Positions 61,965 to 64,000 of a stretch of 64,000 nucleotides of DNA are shown here, in pieces. Under the pieces are notes generated by a model. That model ran no database searches. It was not told the DNA's origin and worked only from the letters and a program-made list of their open reading frames with translations. The position numbers and the translations under genes are program-made. Source of the stretch: an uncultured delta proteobacterium (GTDB lineage: Bacteria; Desulfobacterota; Syntrophobacteria; Syntrophobacterales; Syntrophobacteraceae); assembly GCA_963808625.1 (NCBI GenBank), contig CAWEHK010000031.1:18169-82168 (forward strand). The letters run 5' to 3'. Numbering within the stretch: the first letter of the stretch is position 1; each line of letters starts with the position of its first letter.

Positions 61965-63041
61965 ATGAAGAAACTACAATTTGCTATCATCGGTGCCGGC
62001 AACGGAGGGCAGAGCTTTACCGGGCACCTTGGCCTGCTCGGATTTCCCGTCCGGCTCTGGGACGTGGACCCGCAGAGGGTCGTAGATCTCAAAAAAACCA
62101 ACCGGATGGTCGTCTCCGGGGCGGTGACCGGCGAGTGTGACATCCCGCTCGTGACCGGAAACATCGGGGAGGCCGTCGAGGGGGCCGACATCATCATGAT
62201 GGTCATCCCCACCGTCTTCCAGCGGTCCACAATCAAGGCGATGGCGCCCTATCTCAAGGACGGCCAGGCCCTGGTGCTGAATCCCGGGGCGACCGGCGGC
62301 GCTCTCGAAGCGCGGGCCACCCTCCAGGAAGAAGGCTGCCTTGCGAAGGTTCTGGTCGCCGAAACGGACACCCTCCTCTACGCGTGTCGCAGCCCAAAGC
62401 CCGGCGAGGCGATCATTGGCGGCATTAAGGACGGCCTCTCCATCGCCGCCCTGCCGGCGACAGACACCGCGCGCGTCGCCGAGCTTCTCAACCAGGCTTT
62501 CCCCCAGTTCAAAGCGGTCTCCAGCGTGCTCATCACCAGTCTCAACAACGCCAACGCCATGATGCATCCGTCCCCGACCATTTTGAACGCGGGGCGGATC
62601 GAGTGCGCCGCATCCTTCGATTACTACTTTGAAGGCGTGACTCCGGCTCTCGCCCGTGTGGTGGAAACCGTGGACGCGGAACGATTGGCCATCGGCAAGG
62701 CCATGGGGGTCGAGGTGCCGTCCATCCACGATTTCTACCGGACCTCCTACGCCGCCTTCGGGAACAATCTCCATGAACAGCTCCAAAACGTCAAAGCCTA
62801 TGTCGGCATCAAAGGGCCGACGAGCCTTAACACGCGCTACATCTTCGAGGACCTTCCCACGGGGCTCGTTCCGCTGTCAGCTCTCGGGGCGGCTGTGGGA
62901 GTACCCACGCCGACCATGAACTCGATCGTACAGCTTGGAAACATCCTGCTCGAACGCGATTTCTGGGTCGAAGGCCGCTCGCTGGAGAAGCTGGGCCTCG
63001 CGGGCCTGACCCCGGATGAGGTGAGGGCTAAAGTGCTTTAG
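61965..63041 (+). CDS. NAD/NADP octopine/nopaline (opine) dehydrogenase family
   Basis: IIGAGNGG, LNPGATGGA, NAMMHP, VDAERLAI, TRYIFEDLPTGLVP. Confidence 0.88.
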   Translation: MKKLQFAIIGAGNGGQSFTGHLGLLGFPVRLWDVDPQRVVDLKKTNRMVVSGAVTGECDIPLVTGNIGEAVEGADIIMMVIPTVFQRSTIKAMAPYLKDGQALVLNPGATGGALEARATLQEEGCLAKVLVAETDTLLYACRSPKPGEAIIGGIKDGLSIAALPATDTARVAELLNQAFPQFKAVSSVLITSLNNANAMMHPSPTILNAGRIECAASFDYYFEGVTPALARVVETVDAERLAIGKAMGVEVPSIHDFYRTSYAAFGNNLHEQLQNVKAYVGIKGPTSLNTRYIFEDLPTGLVPLSALGAAVGVPTPTMNSIVQLGNILLERDFWVEGRSLEKLGLAGLTPDEVRAKVL

Positions 63042-63432
63042 TGAAACCGATGGAAGCGGGACCGGCGTCAAGCCGGCCCGCTCCCTCCAGGGCCGTCCCG
63101 CACTTTGGTCCGTCCTGGCCGCACCCAGCAGTCCCCTCCGCCACCGGCGCGCAGTTGTCCTCGCGCCCTGCTGACTGCAGCGTGTAACGGGGTTGTGTGA
63201 CACCCGGCATCTTCTTCAAAATCCATCTCATTCAGCCGGTTGCTTAGTCATTTGAAATAATCTATAAAAACAGTTGAGTCAGCATTTTGGATAATCCATG
63301 AGATTCGGCGTTCTGATTAAAAGCGGGAGTCTTCCCAACGGGAGCGACGGAGCGGTTCCACGGGAAACCCCGGGAGGCTTGATCCTGATGGCAAACCCGC
63401 CACCCCACAACAGTGTGGCCAGGGAAAGGGGA

Positions 63433-63869
63433 ATGCGACCACAGTCGATGCAGGCCGTCAAGGACCTCGATTGGGATGGTTTGAGGGAGGTTTTCCAGGG
63501 CTATCCTGAGGTTCACGCGGTTTATCTCTTCGGGTCGATGTCACGGGGCGGCTTCATCTCGAGAGCGATGTGGACTTGCGCTTGTCCTGCAAATGCCGGT
63601 GCTCGCCGCCGCAAGCTCGCCATCCTGACCGATCTCGCCCGAAGCGGGTACTGTGAGGTGAGCCTGGTGTTCCTGGACACGGCGGACATCGTGCTCAAAT
63701 ACGAAGCCGTCCGCCACAACCGGCTCATCTATCCACCAAGGATTTCGACCGCGGAGCCATGTATTCCAGGGTGGTCCGCGAATATCTGGATTTCGAGCCT
63801 TACCTCAGGGTGCAGCGTGAGGCCTACAAAAGGAGGATTCTCCATGGTGCGCCAGGAAGTTCTTCGTAA
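63433..63869 (+). CDS. MntA-like nucleotidyltransferase antitoxin (frameshifted)
   Basis: VHAVYLFGS..SDVDL across frames; overlaps the downstream HEPN gene. Confidence 0.75.
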
Positions 63870-64000
63870 GCGACTGAACAGACTCGATGAGTACCTGGAC
63901 ATCCTCAGGGGGCTGAAACGCTATTCGCTGCCTGAATTCATAGAAAACCCGGAGCGCTACGGTTCCGCCGAACGGTTTCTCCAGTTGTCCATCGAAGCGG
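63844..64000 (+). CDS. DUF86/HepT HEPN toxin, partial (runs off the window end)
   Basis: MVRQEVLRKRLNRLDEYL..YGSAERFLQLSIEA. Confidence 0.75.
   Translation, partial: MVRQEVLRKRLNRLDEYLDILRGLKRYSLPEFIENPERYGSAERFLQLSIEA

Noticed and set aside
63300..63425. GC-rich structured stretch as a riboswitch
   Set aside because: Could not match it to any known aptamer consensus by eye
1..64000. Many frameshifts in metabolic genes (lutB, CoA-transferases, pxpA, sdaA, kinase and others) as mass pseudogenisation or programmed recoding
   Set aside because: They are isolated 1-nt indels with conserved protein on both sides, scattered across unrelated genes, typical of long-read consensus error; only the IS5 AAAAAGGGGG shift fits a known programmed site

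Overview
GC-rich bacterial chromosomal window, most likely an anaerobic Desulfobacterota/deltaproteobacterium (inferred from gene content and style). Many genes carry 1-nt indels; these look like long-read assembly errors rather than real pseudogenes. Metabolic blocks: lactate oxidation (glcD-like, lutC, lutB-lutA fusion) plus two tandem CoA-transferases; 5-oxoprolinase pxpBCA; glycine cleavage and lipoate genes (lpdA, gcvH, gcvPA, gcvPB, lipB, lipA; no gcvT); alanine dehydrogenase; a class III PHA cluster (thiolase, phaE, phaC, phaJ, phaR; no phaB); ADP-forming acyl-CoA ligase; serine dehydratase; a two-component system; YfcC and TerC transporters; an opine dehydrogenase. Accessory DNA includes five toxin-antitoxin-like pairs, an intact IS5-family element, MITEs that share its ends, a Y1/RAYT-type transposase and two partial IS91-family copies. 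Most notable: (1) a yybP-ykoY (Mn2+) riboswitch with terminator driving an unannotated 31-aa ORF, a zf-TFIIB protein and a Tim44-domain protein; (2) a 23S-tail plus 5S rRNA fragment inside an IS91-associated segment bounded by a 198-bp direct repeat; (3) tandem large secreted proteins behind a nearly identical ~280-nt structured leader, next to a truncated comM; (4) IS5-ended MITEs carrying REP-like double hairpins; (5) a phaE-like 62-nt fragment lying antisense in the 3' region of a usp gene. All family calls come from motif recognition by eye; no database search was run.
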